64,000 nt of DNA from the human T2T-CHM13v2.0 reference genome, Homo sapiens. The notes below the pieces were generated by a model. That model was not told where the DNA came from and ran no database searches. It worked only from the letters and a program-made list of their open reading frames with translations. This document shows positions 24,276 through 36,214 of this stretch, in pieces. The position numbers and the translations under genes were made by a program. Location: assembly GCF_009914755.1 (NCBI RefSeq), contig NC_060947.1; one strand, 5' to 3'. The stretch's first letter is position 1; each line of letters begins with the position of its first letter.

Positions 24276-25660
24276 TTCACTATTTCCCAGTATGTATTCT
24301 GAAGAACGATGCTCCCGTAAGATACTAGTTATTTACTACAAATTATTATTTTTTGTTTCTCTTCTGAAGTTTCTGGAATAATTTTTTAAAATCTTAATTT
24401 GCTGATATGCAAGCTAGTTTTTTACATAAGAATATCTTAATAGAAAGTATTTTAATATTGACCTTGGAAAATGAGAGTGTTCAAAATATCTGGTATGAAA
24501 CTTTAAAGTTGGGAGGCAATCTGGTGGTACTGTAGCAATTTATTTTGATGTTATCACCCTCATATAGGGGTGCAAAATTCACTCAGTGTAAATTAGCAAG
24601 GAAAGATGACTTTACTGAGACAATCTTGGAAATTCATTTCTCAGAATGGGCACATGTGTGGGAGACTCTATAAAAAATGGATTTTAAAAGAAATTTAGTT
24701 TCTTTCAGAAAAGGAAGGCAAAGATTATCATTTGTAATTTATTTCAGTTAGATTTCAAAAGTTCACCTGCACTTTGGAAAGAGGAAAAGTAGGCCAAATT
24801 TTAATTAATGACAGCCATAATAAACATACCACTTTACTAAAAAATGATAATGGGGTAAGGAGAATATTTAAAAAATATTTGTATGAAGAATATTATTTCA
24901 GTAAGTGCTTATCAATTAGCAAAGGATGGTGCTTAAGTAATAATTTTGTCTCTTCACCTTAGGTCGATAATTTATTTCCATTTGTATGCATTTGTTGATT
25001 TATACAAAATAAGTTTGCAGATTATATTAGTGTCATTTTAAGGATGAATTCATGCTTCACACAGTTACAAACTCAAAACACAAAATTATTAATATTGTGG
25101 ATGGTTAAACTTCAAAAGTTCAGAAATAATTCCCCTCTGATGATTGGGGTTAGATGAGCCTGTTATTGATTACAAGTTTTTTTAAAAAAATATTTTCTTA
25201 TTTGGAACTGTTGTAAAATCAGAGTATTATTTACATCAAGTGAATGAAAACAGGATGTGTCCAGTTTTATATTATTTTACTGGCATTGGAGGAAAGCTAG
25301 TGTTTGCAAGCATGTCAATGGACAATATTAAGTGTGTACATAGTATTGCATACTTCAAATAAAATACAAAGACAATATTTCTGTTATGCTAGTGCTTATG
25401 GTGATCACATAAATTTCTATGCTTTCAGTGATAACATATACTGTACAGAACCTGCAAAGGTTCTGATATTTTATCATATTTCTAGCTTCCTAATTTGTTA
25501 GACATTTCCATCATAGTAGATCATGGCTCCAAGCACCAAAGAATCAATTGGCATATATCTACCAGAACTCAGAATAATATAGTAAACAAAATGAAATAAT
25601 AAAGAATAATTTATATTGGAACATTTTAATTTCTTCTTCTCACTAGGTAATTACCTCATT

Positions 25661-25963
25661 TTTCTTTATTCTTTTTAATTTTTTAAAGACAGAATCTCAC
25701 TCCATTGGCCAGGCTGAAGTGCAGCGGCACAATCATAGCTCACTGCAGCCTCGAACTCCTGAGCTCAAGCAATCTTCTTGCCCTGGCCTCCGGAGTAGCT
25801 AGGACTACAGGCATGTGCCATGAGGCCTGGCTAATTTTCTTATTGTTTTGTTGAGATGTCTCATTATGTTACCCAGGCTGGTCTTGAACTTCCTGCCTCA
25901 AGCAATCCCCCTGCCTTGGCCTCCTAAGCACTGGGATTACAGGTGTGAGCCACTGCACCTGGC
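25661..25963 (-). mobile_element. AluJ
   Basis: Antisense Alu. Degenerate TSD gtaattacctcatt / gtaatgaccttatt. Confidence 0.95.
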
Positions 25964-26482
25964 AGTAATGACCTTATTAAATAGAAGGGAGGTAAAGTAG
26001 ATGTTATATTCTTGCCACTCCTTCTAAAATATTGTTCTAATGTATATTCATACTCAAGCATTTTTATGTGTAATTTGTTATTCTTTAAGATTTCAAATGT
26101 ATTGTGTTATAGATTATACTGTAGTAGCAATGTTTTTGAAACAGTACAGGCATACTTCAGAGATATAGAGGGCTCAGTTCCAGACTAACACAATAAAACA
26201 AAAATCAAAATAAAAGGTATCACACAATTTTTTTGTTTTTTCAGTGTATATAAAAGTTATGTCTGTACTATATTGTAGCCTATTAAGTGTGCAATAGCAT
26301 TATATCTAAGAAACAATATACATACTTTAATTTAAAAATACCTTATTGCTAAAAAATACTAATAATCATCTGAGCCTTTAGCAAGTCATCACCTTTTTGC
26401 TGGTGGAGGCTTTTGCCTCAATGGTGATGGCTGTTTTCTGACTAGGGCATTGGTTGCTGAAGGCTGGGGTGGCTGTGGCAAT

Positions 26483-29135
26483 CTATCTCTTGAAATAAGA
26501 CAAAAATGAAGCTTGTTGCATCAATTGACTCTTCCTTTCATGAAAAATTTCTCTATAGCATGCAATCCTTTTTGCTAGCATTTTATCCACAGTAGAACTA
26601 CTTTCAAAATTGCAGTCAATCCTCCCAAACCCTGCTGCTGCTTTATCAACTAAGTTTATGTAATATTCTAAATCATTTGTTGTCATTTCTACAGTGTTCA
26701 CATCTGGAGTAGATTCCACTTAAGAAACCACTTTCTTTGCTCATCTGAGACCACCTTCTTTGCTCATCCATAAGAAGTAACACCAAATATGTTAAAATTT
26801 TTCATAATATTGCAGCAATTGAGTCACATCTTCAGGCTCCACTTCTAATTCTCATTCTCTTGCTGTTTTCCACCACACCTACAGTGCTTCCTCCACTGAA
26901 GTCTTGAACCCCTCAAAGTCATTCATGAGGGTTGGAATTCACATTTTCCAAACTCCTGTTAATGTTGATATTTTGACCTCCTCTCATGAATTATCCATGG
27001 TCTTAATGCATAGAATCTAGAATTGTGAATGTTTTCCAGATTTTCAATGGAGTTTTCTGAGATTCATCAGAGGAATCACTATCTATGGAAGCTATAGCCT
27101 TACAATATGTATTTCTTAAATAATAAGATTGAAAGTTGGAATTAATTCTTGATCTGTGGGCTGCAAAATGCATGTTGTGTCAGTGGACATGAAAACAACA
27201 TTAATCTCTTCGTACGTCTCCATCAGAGCTCTTGGATAACCAGGTGCATTGTCAAGGAGTGTTGCGGGAAGTCAGGGACCCCAAACAGAGGGATCGGCTG
27301 GAGCTGAGGCAGAAGAACATAAAGATTTCACGGACATTTATCAGTTCCCCAAATTAATACTCTTATAATTTCTTATGTCTGTCTTTACTTTAATCTCTTA
27401 ATCCTGTTATCTTCGTAAGCTGAGAATGTACCTCACCTCAGGACCACTATTGTACTAATTGATTGTGGAACATGTGTGTTTGAATAATATGAAATCTGAT
27501 TGTAAAATGTGTGTTTGAACAATATGAAATCAGTGCACCCTGAAAAAGAACAGAATAACAGCGATTTTCAGGGAGCAAGGGAAGATAACCATAAGATCTG
27601 ACTGCCTGTGGGGTTGGGCAGAACAGAGCCATATTTTTCTTCTTGCAGAAAGTGTATAAACAGATATGCGAGTAAGAGAAATATCGCTGAATTCTTTTCC
27701 CAGCAAGGAGTAACCCTGGGGAAGGAATGCATTCCTGGGGGGAGGTCTATGAACGGCCGCTCTGGGAGTGTCTGTCTTATGTGGTTGAGATAAGGACTGA
27801 AATATGCCCTGGTCTCCTGCAGTACCCTCAGGCTTACTAGGATTGGGAAATTCCACCCTGGTAAATTCTAGTCAGACCGGTTCTCTGCTCTCGAGCCCTG
27901 TTTCCTGTTAAGATGTTTATCAAGACAATGTGTGCACAGTGGGACATAGACCCTCATCAGTAATTCTAATTTTGCCTTGCCTTGTGATCTTTATTTCCCT
28001 TTGAAGCATGTGATCCTTGTGACCTACTCCCTGTTCATACACCCCCTCCCCTTTTAAAATTCCTAATAAAAACTTGCTGGTTTTGTGGCTCAGGGTCGTC
28101 ATCATGGTCCTACCAATATGTGATGTCACCCCCGGAGACCCAGCTGTAAAATTTCTCTCTTTGTGTGTACTCTTTCTCTTCATTTCTCAGACCAGCTGTC
28201 ACTTAGGGAAAATAGAAAAGAACCTACATTGAAATATTGGGGGTTGGTTCCCCCGATAAAGGAGCAGTAATATTTTGAAAGGAATCTTTTTTTCTGAGAA
28301 GTAGGTATCAACAGTGGACTTAAAATATTCAGTAAAACATGCTATAAACAGATGTGCTGTCATCTAGGCTTTGTTGTTCCACTTATAGAGCACAGGTAGA
28401 GTAGATTTGGCATAAATCTTAAGGCCACTGGGATTTTCAGAATGGTAAATGAGCCTTGACTTAAACTTAGAGACAGCAGCTGCATTAGCCCTTAGAAGAG
28501 AGTCAGCCTGTCCTTTGGAGATTTGAAACCAGACACTGACTTCTCCTCTATAGTTATGAAAGTCCTAGATGACATCTTCTAATGGGAGGCTGTTTTGTCT
28601 ACATCGAAAATCTGTTTAGCATAGCCACCTTTGTCAGTGATCTTACCTGGATCTTCTGTAAAACTTGCAGTTTCTACATTAGCACTTGCTGTTTCACCTT
28701 GCACTTTTATGTTATGGAAATGGCTTCTTTCCTTAAACCTCATAAAACAACCTCTGCTAACTTCAAACTTTTCTTCTGCAGCTTCCTCATCTCTCCCTAC
28801 CTTCAAAGAATTTAACAGAGTTAGGACCTTGCTCTGGATAAGGCTTTGGCTTAAGGGAATGTTGCAGCTGGTTTGGTCTTTTATCCAGATGACAAAAACA
28901 TTCTCCATATCAATAATGAGGCCATTTCATTTTCCTATCATTTGTGTGTTTACAGGAGTTGCATTTTTAATTTTATTCAGGAACTTTTCCTTCCTCTTCA
29001 CAACTTGGCTAGCTGTTTTGTGTTAAGAGCCTTAGCTTTTGACATGCCTTCTTCACTAAGCTTAATTACTTCTAGCTTTTGATTTGAAGTGAGAGATGTG
29101 TAACTCTTCCTTTCACTTGAACACTTAGAGGCCAT
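26483..29135 (-). pseudogene. Tigger1 transposase remnant
   Basis: MASKCSSERKSYTSLTSNQKLEVIKLSEEGMSKA (HTH), [20 protein letters not shown]...[16 protein letters not shown] (CENP-B-type) and QIFDVDKT. Broken by frameshifts and an LTR. Confidence 0.9.
27260..28258 (+). mobile_element. MER11 solo LTR (HERV-K11/HML-8)
   Basis: TGTTGCGGGAAGTCAGGGACCCC...GGTTCCCCCGATA with a perfect 6-bp TSD AAGGAG (27254-27259, 28259-28264) and an internal AATAAA. Confidence 0.95.
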
Positions 29136-29659
29136 TGCAGAGTTATTAACTGACTGAATTTCAATATTATTTAGTCTTAAGGAATAAGGAGACCTGAGGT
29201 GAAAGAGAGAGATGGGGAAACATCTGGTCAGTGTAGCAGTCAGAACACACATAATTTATCAATTAGGTTAGCTGTTTTATATGGGTGTGGTTTGTCTTGC
29301 CCTGAAACAACTACAATAGTAACATTAAAGGTCACTGATCACAGATCACTATAAGATATAATAATAATGAAAATGTTTGAAACATTGAGGGAATTACCAA
29401 AGTGTGACAGAGACATGAAGTGAGTGCGTGCTGTTGCAAAACTGGTGCCCGTAGATTGCTTGATGCAACGTTGAACAAACCTTCAATTTGTCAAAAATGC
29501 AGTATCTGCAAAGAGCAATAAAGTGATGCACAATAAAATGAGGTATGCTTGTAAATATACATAGGGTAAGTGAAGTTAAGACTATATTGGGATTGCCTAT
29601 GGAAACCTGGGACCTATGTTTGTTATAATTACCGTGGGCTACAGTGTAATAAAAATTGC

Positions 29660-30065
29660 ACACATTGATTGAGGGCTTAGTATGTGCCAAATTCTATACT
29701 TTTAAAAACTGGCAAATAATAATTGTACATATTTATGGGGTACAGAGTGATATTTTGATACTTGTATACAATGTGTAATGATTGAATCAGTGTAATTAGC
29801 ATATACATCACCTCAAATATTCATCATTTCTTTGTGTTGAGAACATCCTCTAACTTTTTGAAAATACACTATACTTTGATGCATTATCTTTCCCAATGCT
29901 CACAAGAAATCTGTGAGATAGATAGTATTTTTATCTCCTCCTTATTCCAAGATATTAAATACGTTGCCCCGGGTCACAAGGCTAGTAAGTAGCAGGGCTG
30001 AGTCTGAACCAATATTGTTCTGACTTCAAAGCTCAGGTTCTTGACTATCGGGTTATAGTGCCTCT
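29660..30065 (-). mobile_element. MIR interrupted by a short L1MA 3' end (29703-29868)
   Basis: MIR core ctgtgagatagatagtatt...gttgccccgggtcacaaggctagtaagt. The L1MA piece is flanked by TSD ctatacttt. Confidence 0.75.
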
Positions 30066-30189
30066 TTGAGAATCTTTTAAGTTACCTAGATTTAAACGTT
30101 TCTTAGAGGTATACAATTGTTTAGACTATAGGCCTAAAAGGGTACTTCATTAATTAGTAAGTCATTAATGACACTACTCATAAACATTC

Positions 30190-30617
30190 TGAGCTGCGGA
30201 AGCATGGTCTTGCAGAAGAAAACCAAACAAGTATGTTCACCAAAATCTCTGACTCTCTTCTCCTTATGGGCATATGCATCCTCGAAGTTAGATATGGTAC
30301 ATAATGTGACTTCTCTATTAAAACCAGCAGAAGTCCTATGTGCCACTTCTCTGTAGTAGCATTTAAGGGCTGGTGTGACATTCTCTATTCTCTCTTTCCT
30401 TGCCATAGTAATTATGGAAGATTATGTTTGTTATATTGGAGGTGAGGAAACGAGACTCAGCCAGTATCCCAGAATACTGAATGATGAAATGGGCAAAAGT
30501 CCAGGAGATAAACCCAAACTCAGAGTGGACTTGGTGTGAGTGAGAAGTAAACTTTTCATATGCTAAGGTCATGGAATGCTGGTACGCAATGTCAACTTAC
30601 TCAATCTGATTGACACA
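30190..30617 (+). mobile_element. Old MaLR LTR (MLT1H-J-like)
   Basis: gcagaagtcctatgtgccacttc...gagtgagaagtaaactttt...ctgattgacaca. Left boundary approximate. Confidence 0.6.
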
Positions 30618-32018
30618 TATTCAGAAAACTTGAGTTTTTAATGTGGCCCTAATTTTCACGGCCAGTAATTGTTAACACTTACCTTCTATGAGACTTATGT
30701 TTTTTTCATTTTAAAATTATGATTTTTCATCTATGGTTTCCTTCTGAGATTTTGGGGGTAGATCAGATGATCATGAGAGTACATATTTAAAAACCTTCTA
30801 TAGACTGTGATGCAATATGAAATTTATTATTATTAATGTAGAATTCATTGTTTATTCTTCACCTTTATTATTTAGTGAATGGTGTTCAGTGATGTGACTG
30901 ACTTTTCAAAGCTAGGGTTAGAAGACAAAATGCGTTTTGTGGGTTGGTGACAAAATCATAAAGTTCAAATGTATATATTGATTTATTCATCTCAAGAGAA
31001 AAAATTAGTTGCTCAATACAACATAGGGGAACATGCGATTTGCTCAGCCACAATAGGAATTGGGCAAGGAGTTATAATGAAATCTGTAAAGAAACAGAAT
31101 CCAGGGATGACAACAATGAGAAATGTTTCTTTTAAAGACAACATAATGTTTTCAAATAGCTAGACTTAAGACTTTTAATAACTTTCATAATGTGTTAGGC
31201 ATTTGTGAGATTTCTTACTAGTTTCCATTGTCAAGGATGGGAGATCCATACTTTAAAGAAATATTGAGATGAAAGGGACCGATCTCACCCTTGAAATTAA
31301 CTGTCAAAATACAGGAGTTAAATTTTAGTGTACATTTCTCTTTCTTATCTTTCAACAGTCTGAGGAACATTAAACAGCTCCTAATGAAGCAAAAGTAGCC
31401 TTTAATGGTTTACTATGCATAAAACCCAGATGTGTCACCATGAACGTGACCTGAAATATACTCAAACATGAATAGACAGATTTTTATTTAGAATCTTCAC
31501 GTGTCAGCATCACATATTCAGTCCCTTGATGAAATCTCTTCTACTGAGGGATGAGCCTATTTTAACCATGTCATTTATAAAAGCCCTTCAAAATATTTGT
31601 AAATACTTTTTCTTTCAGGTAGTGGAACTTACCTTTTCTCATCCCTCTTTGTGTGAACTAGACATAGTAACTCACTTCATAAGAATAGATTATGGAAAGT
31701 GAGAAATGCTAACCTTATAATTCAGAAACCTGAAAAATACTACCTTAAAAAAGTGATCGAGGTTAATGTAATTAGTGATGTCATAGGAATATGCACCTCT
31801 TGATATGATGCCATGAGAAGGGCACTGAGCCTTTGTAGTATTCTTCTCTCAAATTCATAATTCTAGTCTAATTATGAGAAAAGCATCAGAGAGCCCAAAT
31901 TAAGATATATTCTTCAACTAGGTGACCAGTTCTCTTCAAAACAGTCAATGTCAGGAAAAACAAGAAAAGACTCTAACAAAGTATCACAGACCAGAGGATA
32001 CTAAGGAGACATGGCAAT

Positions 32019-32392
32019 TATCTTAGTCCATTTGTACTGTTGTAACAAAATATCTGAAACTGGGTAATTTATAAACAATAGAAATTTATTTCTCACAGTT
32101 CCAGAGGCTGGGAAATCTGAGATTAAGGCATCTTAGATTGGTGTCTGGTCAGAGTTATTCTGTGCTTCCAAGATGGTTCCTTGCTCCTGCATCCTCATAC
32201 GGCAGAAAGAATGGAAAGGCAAGAGGGCACTCAGTTCACCCTTGAGACCTTTTAAAGGGTGCTAATCCCATACATCAGGGCAGAGCTCTCATGACTTAAT
32301 CACCACCAAAGGCCACACTTCTATTACTGTTGCATTGGGGATTAAGTTTTAACATGAATTTTTGAGGGGACACCATCATTCAAACCATAGCA
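32019..32392 (-). mobile_element. MaLR solo LTR (MST/MLT1A-like)
   Basis: tcttagtccatttg...ctgggtaatttataaac...caaaccatagca. Confidence 0.88.
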
Positions 32393-32638
32393 ACAACGAA
32401 ATGAATGCAATGTGGTATCTTTTGTAGGATCCTGGAAGACAGAAAGAACTTAGAGGAAAAACTAGTGAAATTCAAAATTCAAATAAAGTCTGTAGATTAG
32501 TTAATAACAATGTAGCACAGTTTTTGTTTTTTTTTAGTTTTTACATATGAATCATAGTAATGATAACATCATGAGAAAATGAAACTGGATGGGAACACTT
32601 ATAATAATTAGAGTTCTCCAAAGAAACAGAATCATAGG

Positions 32639-33022
32639 ATATATATATATACCATATATTATTATATATTACATATAATATGACATTATTATATATTACA
32701 TATTGTTTATATGCACATAAATAATATTCTTTATTGTTAATATTGTTTAATATTATTGTATATTATATATTATGATATATTAATAATATATTCTTAATAT
32801 TGTTTAATACTATAATATTTTTATATATAAACAATATGTAATATTTATATAAATTATATATGTTATGGATATAAGTTATATATAATTATATATAATTTAT
32901 GTAACATATGTAATATTTTTATAAATTATGTTATACTTATTACATATATTATAAATAATTTATACAAATATTACATATATTATATTTATTACATATTATA
33001 ATACATATTTCTAAATATACAT

Positions 33023-33054
<32 letters not shown>

Positions 33055-33070
33055 AAATACACATATACAT
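32639..33070. repeat. ~430-bp AT-rich low-complexity / (TA)n-derived tract
   Basis: Almost entirely A/T, built from degenerate TATAT/TAATAT units. Confidence 0.95.
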
Positions 33071-33243
33071 TCACACAATTGTGGAGGCTATTACCAAGAT
33101 CCGTAATTGGCAAGCTGGATACTCAGAAAAGTCAATGGTATAGTTTCAGTGGGAATCTGAAGGCAGGAAAACAAAAACAATGCCCTAGGTGAATGCATCC
33201 AGGCAGGCAGGAGGAAATTTCCCCTTACTGGAGGGAGTGGTAG

Positions 33244-33468
<225 letters not shown>

Positions 33469-33829
33469 CAGCCTTTTTTTTTGTTCAAGACTTCAACTGA
33501 TTGAATGGGGCTAACTGACATTATGGAGGGCAATTGATTTCAATGTCAATCTCATCCAGAAACAACTTCACAAAGACATGCAGAATAATGTTTGACCAAA
33601 TGTCCAGGCACCCTGTGGCCCAGTCAAGTTGACAAATAAAATTAGTCATCATCTCTCTGTACTAACTTTTAAACGTCTATAAATCTAAAATTATTCTGAA
33701 ATAAAAAGTTCTTTTAAAAAATCTATCCAGAATATTTTAGTTATGACTATACAAGGATCAGATTGGATGGCTGCTGTAAATTCCTTCTAAGTGGCGCTTT
33801 GATACAAAGTCATGACAACTGCCCTCAAA

Positions 33830-33935
33830 GCACTGTAAACTCCTTGAGGGCAGGACCCTATGGCACTTATCTCTGTATCTCTAGCACCTAGCAGGGTCCT
33901 TGGCTCCTTGACAAATATTCATTGAATAAATAAAC
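33830..33935 (+). mobile_element. L2 3' end
   Basis: ctgtaaactccttgaggggcaggac...tagcacctagca...aaatattcattgaataaata. Confidence 0.8.
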
Positions 33936-35160
33936 ACTATCATCTCATGATAAACAGCTTTGAAGTTAATTTTCATCGAAATCCCCTCACTTCCCTTTAG
34001 GTAAAAAAAAAAAAAAATTGTCAGGGAAGGCTATTGGAAAGGGTAAAAAACATTTCTTTTATATATCAAGTGCAACAGTTGATAAAGCGAGTGGCTGTAA
34101 ATCACTCTTGGGAGTCTCCCATCATACGAAAGCTGTTCAAGCTATTTTTTCATGTTTTATGATGTCAGCAAGAGCCTTCTCAGTGACTGATTACAACCTT
34201 GTATTTATTCACTATCCATCTTTTATTTTATAATGCAATTGCTGTGCTGGGTTGTAAATTTGAACATTCTTATTTGGAATCTTCAAAGCATGTAATCTAG
34301 AATCCTGTGGATGTATGATTCTTCATATTACTATAGAATCTTATCGCAAAATACATTATTTAACATTATCACATTTGTATTCAGAGGCATATCACACGAA
34401 GCTTTTGGGGGGAAAGGCCATGTATGTTTGATTTGAGATTTAAATATGCAAGAATGTTCAGCTTCTCTCTTGCTTTATTCTACAACCAGAAATAAATACT
34501 AAGTGAATGCCAAAGAGAAATATATAATGTATACTCTTGAGCTATGAGTTTAAAGCATATCCAGCATGAATTGTTATCATAATATTTTCCCAATATTTTG
34601 TCTTAATTTGGAGTAGTTTTAAATATGCAAAATGGTAAACTTTAATCTAAAATATTTATTTTGGACGAACAGTTAAAATATTTTATTCATAATGTAGATC
34701 TATAGTTAAACTCTTGAAACAAATCCAAGTTAGGATGATGGAGAAAAAGAAAGGAAGCTGAGAAAGAAAAGGTTAATTATCATAGGAATCATGTATCAAG
34801 CTGGAAGGAGTGAGGGCAGGACACAGGTATGTACTATTATTTTCAGGGAGTTTTGACAAAGGATAATAAATCAAAATTTACCACTCTATTGGAAACTGCC
34901 CTAGGATAAAGGCAGGAGACTGCAGATCATTCTCCAATCCACTTGTCCAAAGAAGGGAGTCCTTACAATTTACTTATTTAATCACATTGATGAAGAAACT
35001 CTTGTCTATATCATTGTCATAATATGGGTTGTTTAGTCTTCCACCCATGTCTAAAGTGGTAGATGGAAACTGGAGGAAATGGACACATTTTGATCATGGA
35101 AAGAGCCCTCCCTCCTATCCCAGTCCCGTTTCAGCGAATTCAGATTATTTCTTTATCATC

Positions 35161-35657
35161 TGTGATGGTTAATTTTATGTGTGAACTTGGGCAGGCACTG
35201 TTATTTAATTAAACACTAATCTAGGTGTTGCTGTGACAGCATTTTGTAGATTTACTAACATCTACAGTCCACTGGGTTTAAGTAAAGAAGATCACCCTTG
35301 ATAATGTGGGTAGGCCTCACCTAGTGGTTGAAGGCCTTAAGGGCAAAATCTCAGCTTTTTTAGAGAGGAAGAAAATCTGCCTAAAGACTGCAAAATCAAC
35401 TCCTGCCTAAGTTTCTAACCTGTTGAACTTGTTACAGCTTTCATACTTGCCTGCTCCCCAAATTGAGTGTGATAATCACTTAAAAATAAATTTTATCTAT
35501 AGATGGATATTAATATACAGAGATATAAATATAGGTGCAAGTATAAATATAGATATGGACATAAACAAATATCTGATATAAATATAGAAAGATAAATATC
35601 TATATCTATATCTAATCTATTGGCTCAGGTTCTCTGGAGAATCCTTACTGATGATCC
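35161..35657 (+). mobile_element. MLT2 solo LTR
   Basis: Starts TGTGATGGTTAATTTTATGTG and ends ...tctctggagaatcc. Confidence 0.88.
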
Positions 35658-36044
35658 ACCATCCTCACTCCTAAATTTTTAAATGAAGTTAAAACTAAGT
35701 AAACAATAATGATGATGATTAGGCAATCAGAAAAATTATATATAATTATTTTCTTTTTGTACTCTTCAGCCATATCATTAATTTGATGTCAACGAACTTA
35801 GGAAAGCTATTTTAGAAAACGTATGAAGTAGAAAAGTCTTAATTTAACATTTTCTGGTCCTAATTAGAATTACTGGTAGAAGTGTTGCATAATCAGATAA
35901 GACTGGTCTTCGGTGTTTAGAAGTGTCTTTTCTGTGAAAGTCGAGTTCTACAAGTGGGAAAATGTAAATTCTCTTGAAGTTCTCAAAGCTTTCAAATATA
36001 TGCATAGGTCTCATATCACTATCTATATTATTAATATACACAGC

Positions 36045-36214
36045 AGCATTGCACATAGAACTGTCTATGATGATGGATTTCTGGCTATTGAGCACTGGAA
36101 ATGTGACTAGTGTGATGCAGAAATTAAATTTAAAATTTTAATAATTTTTGATTAATGTAAATTTAAATATAAATAGCTACATATAACCAGTGGCTGCCAT
36201 GGTAGACAGTGCAG
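36045..36214 (+). mobile_element. MER3-like hAT MITE (internally deleted)
   Basis: tagaactgtctatgatgatgga...tggctattgagcactggaaatgtgactagtg...agtggctgccatggtagacagtgcag. Confidence 0.75.

Larger units (their letters stand above)
26147..29551 (-). mobile_element. Full-length Tigger1 (pogo-like DNA transposon) interrupted by MER11
   Basis: TIRs CAGGCATACTTC / GAGGTATGCTTG, each flanked by TA. About 2.4 kb after removing the LTR. Transposase fragments present. Confidence 0.95.

Noticed and set aside
27455-27535. Tandem tgtgtgtttgaa(t/c)aatatgaaatc repeat
   Set aside because: A known internal repeat of MER11 LTRs.
26483-29252. CENP-B/TIGD1-like domesticated gene
   Set aside because: Fragmented frames, an LTR insertion and retained TIRs mark it as a dead Tigger1 copy.
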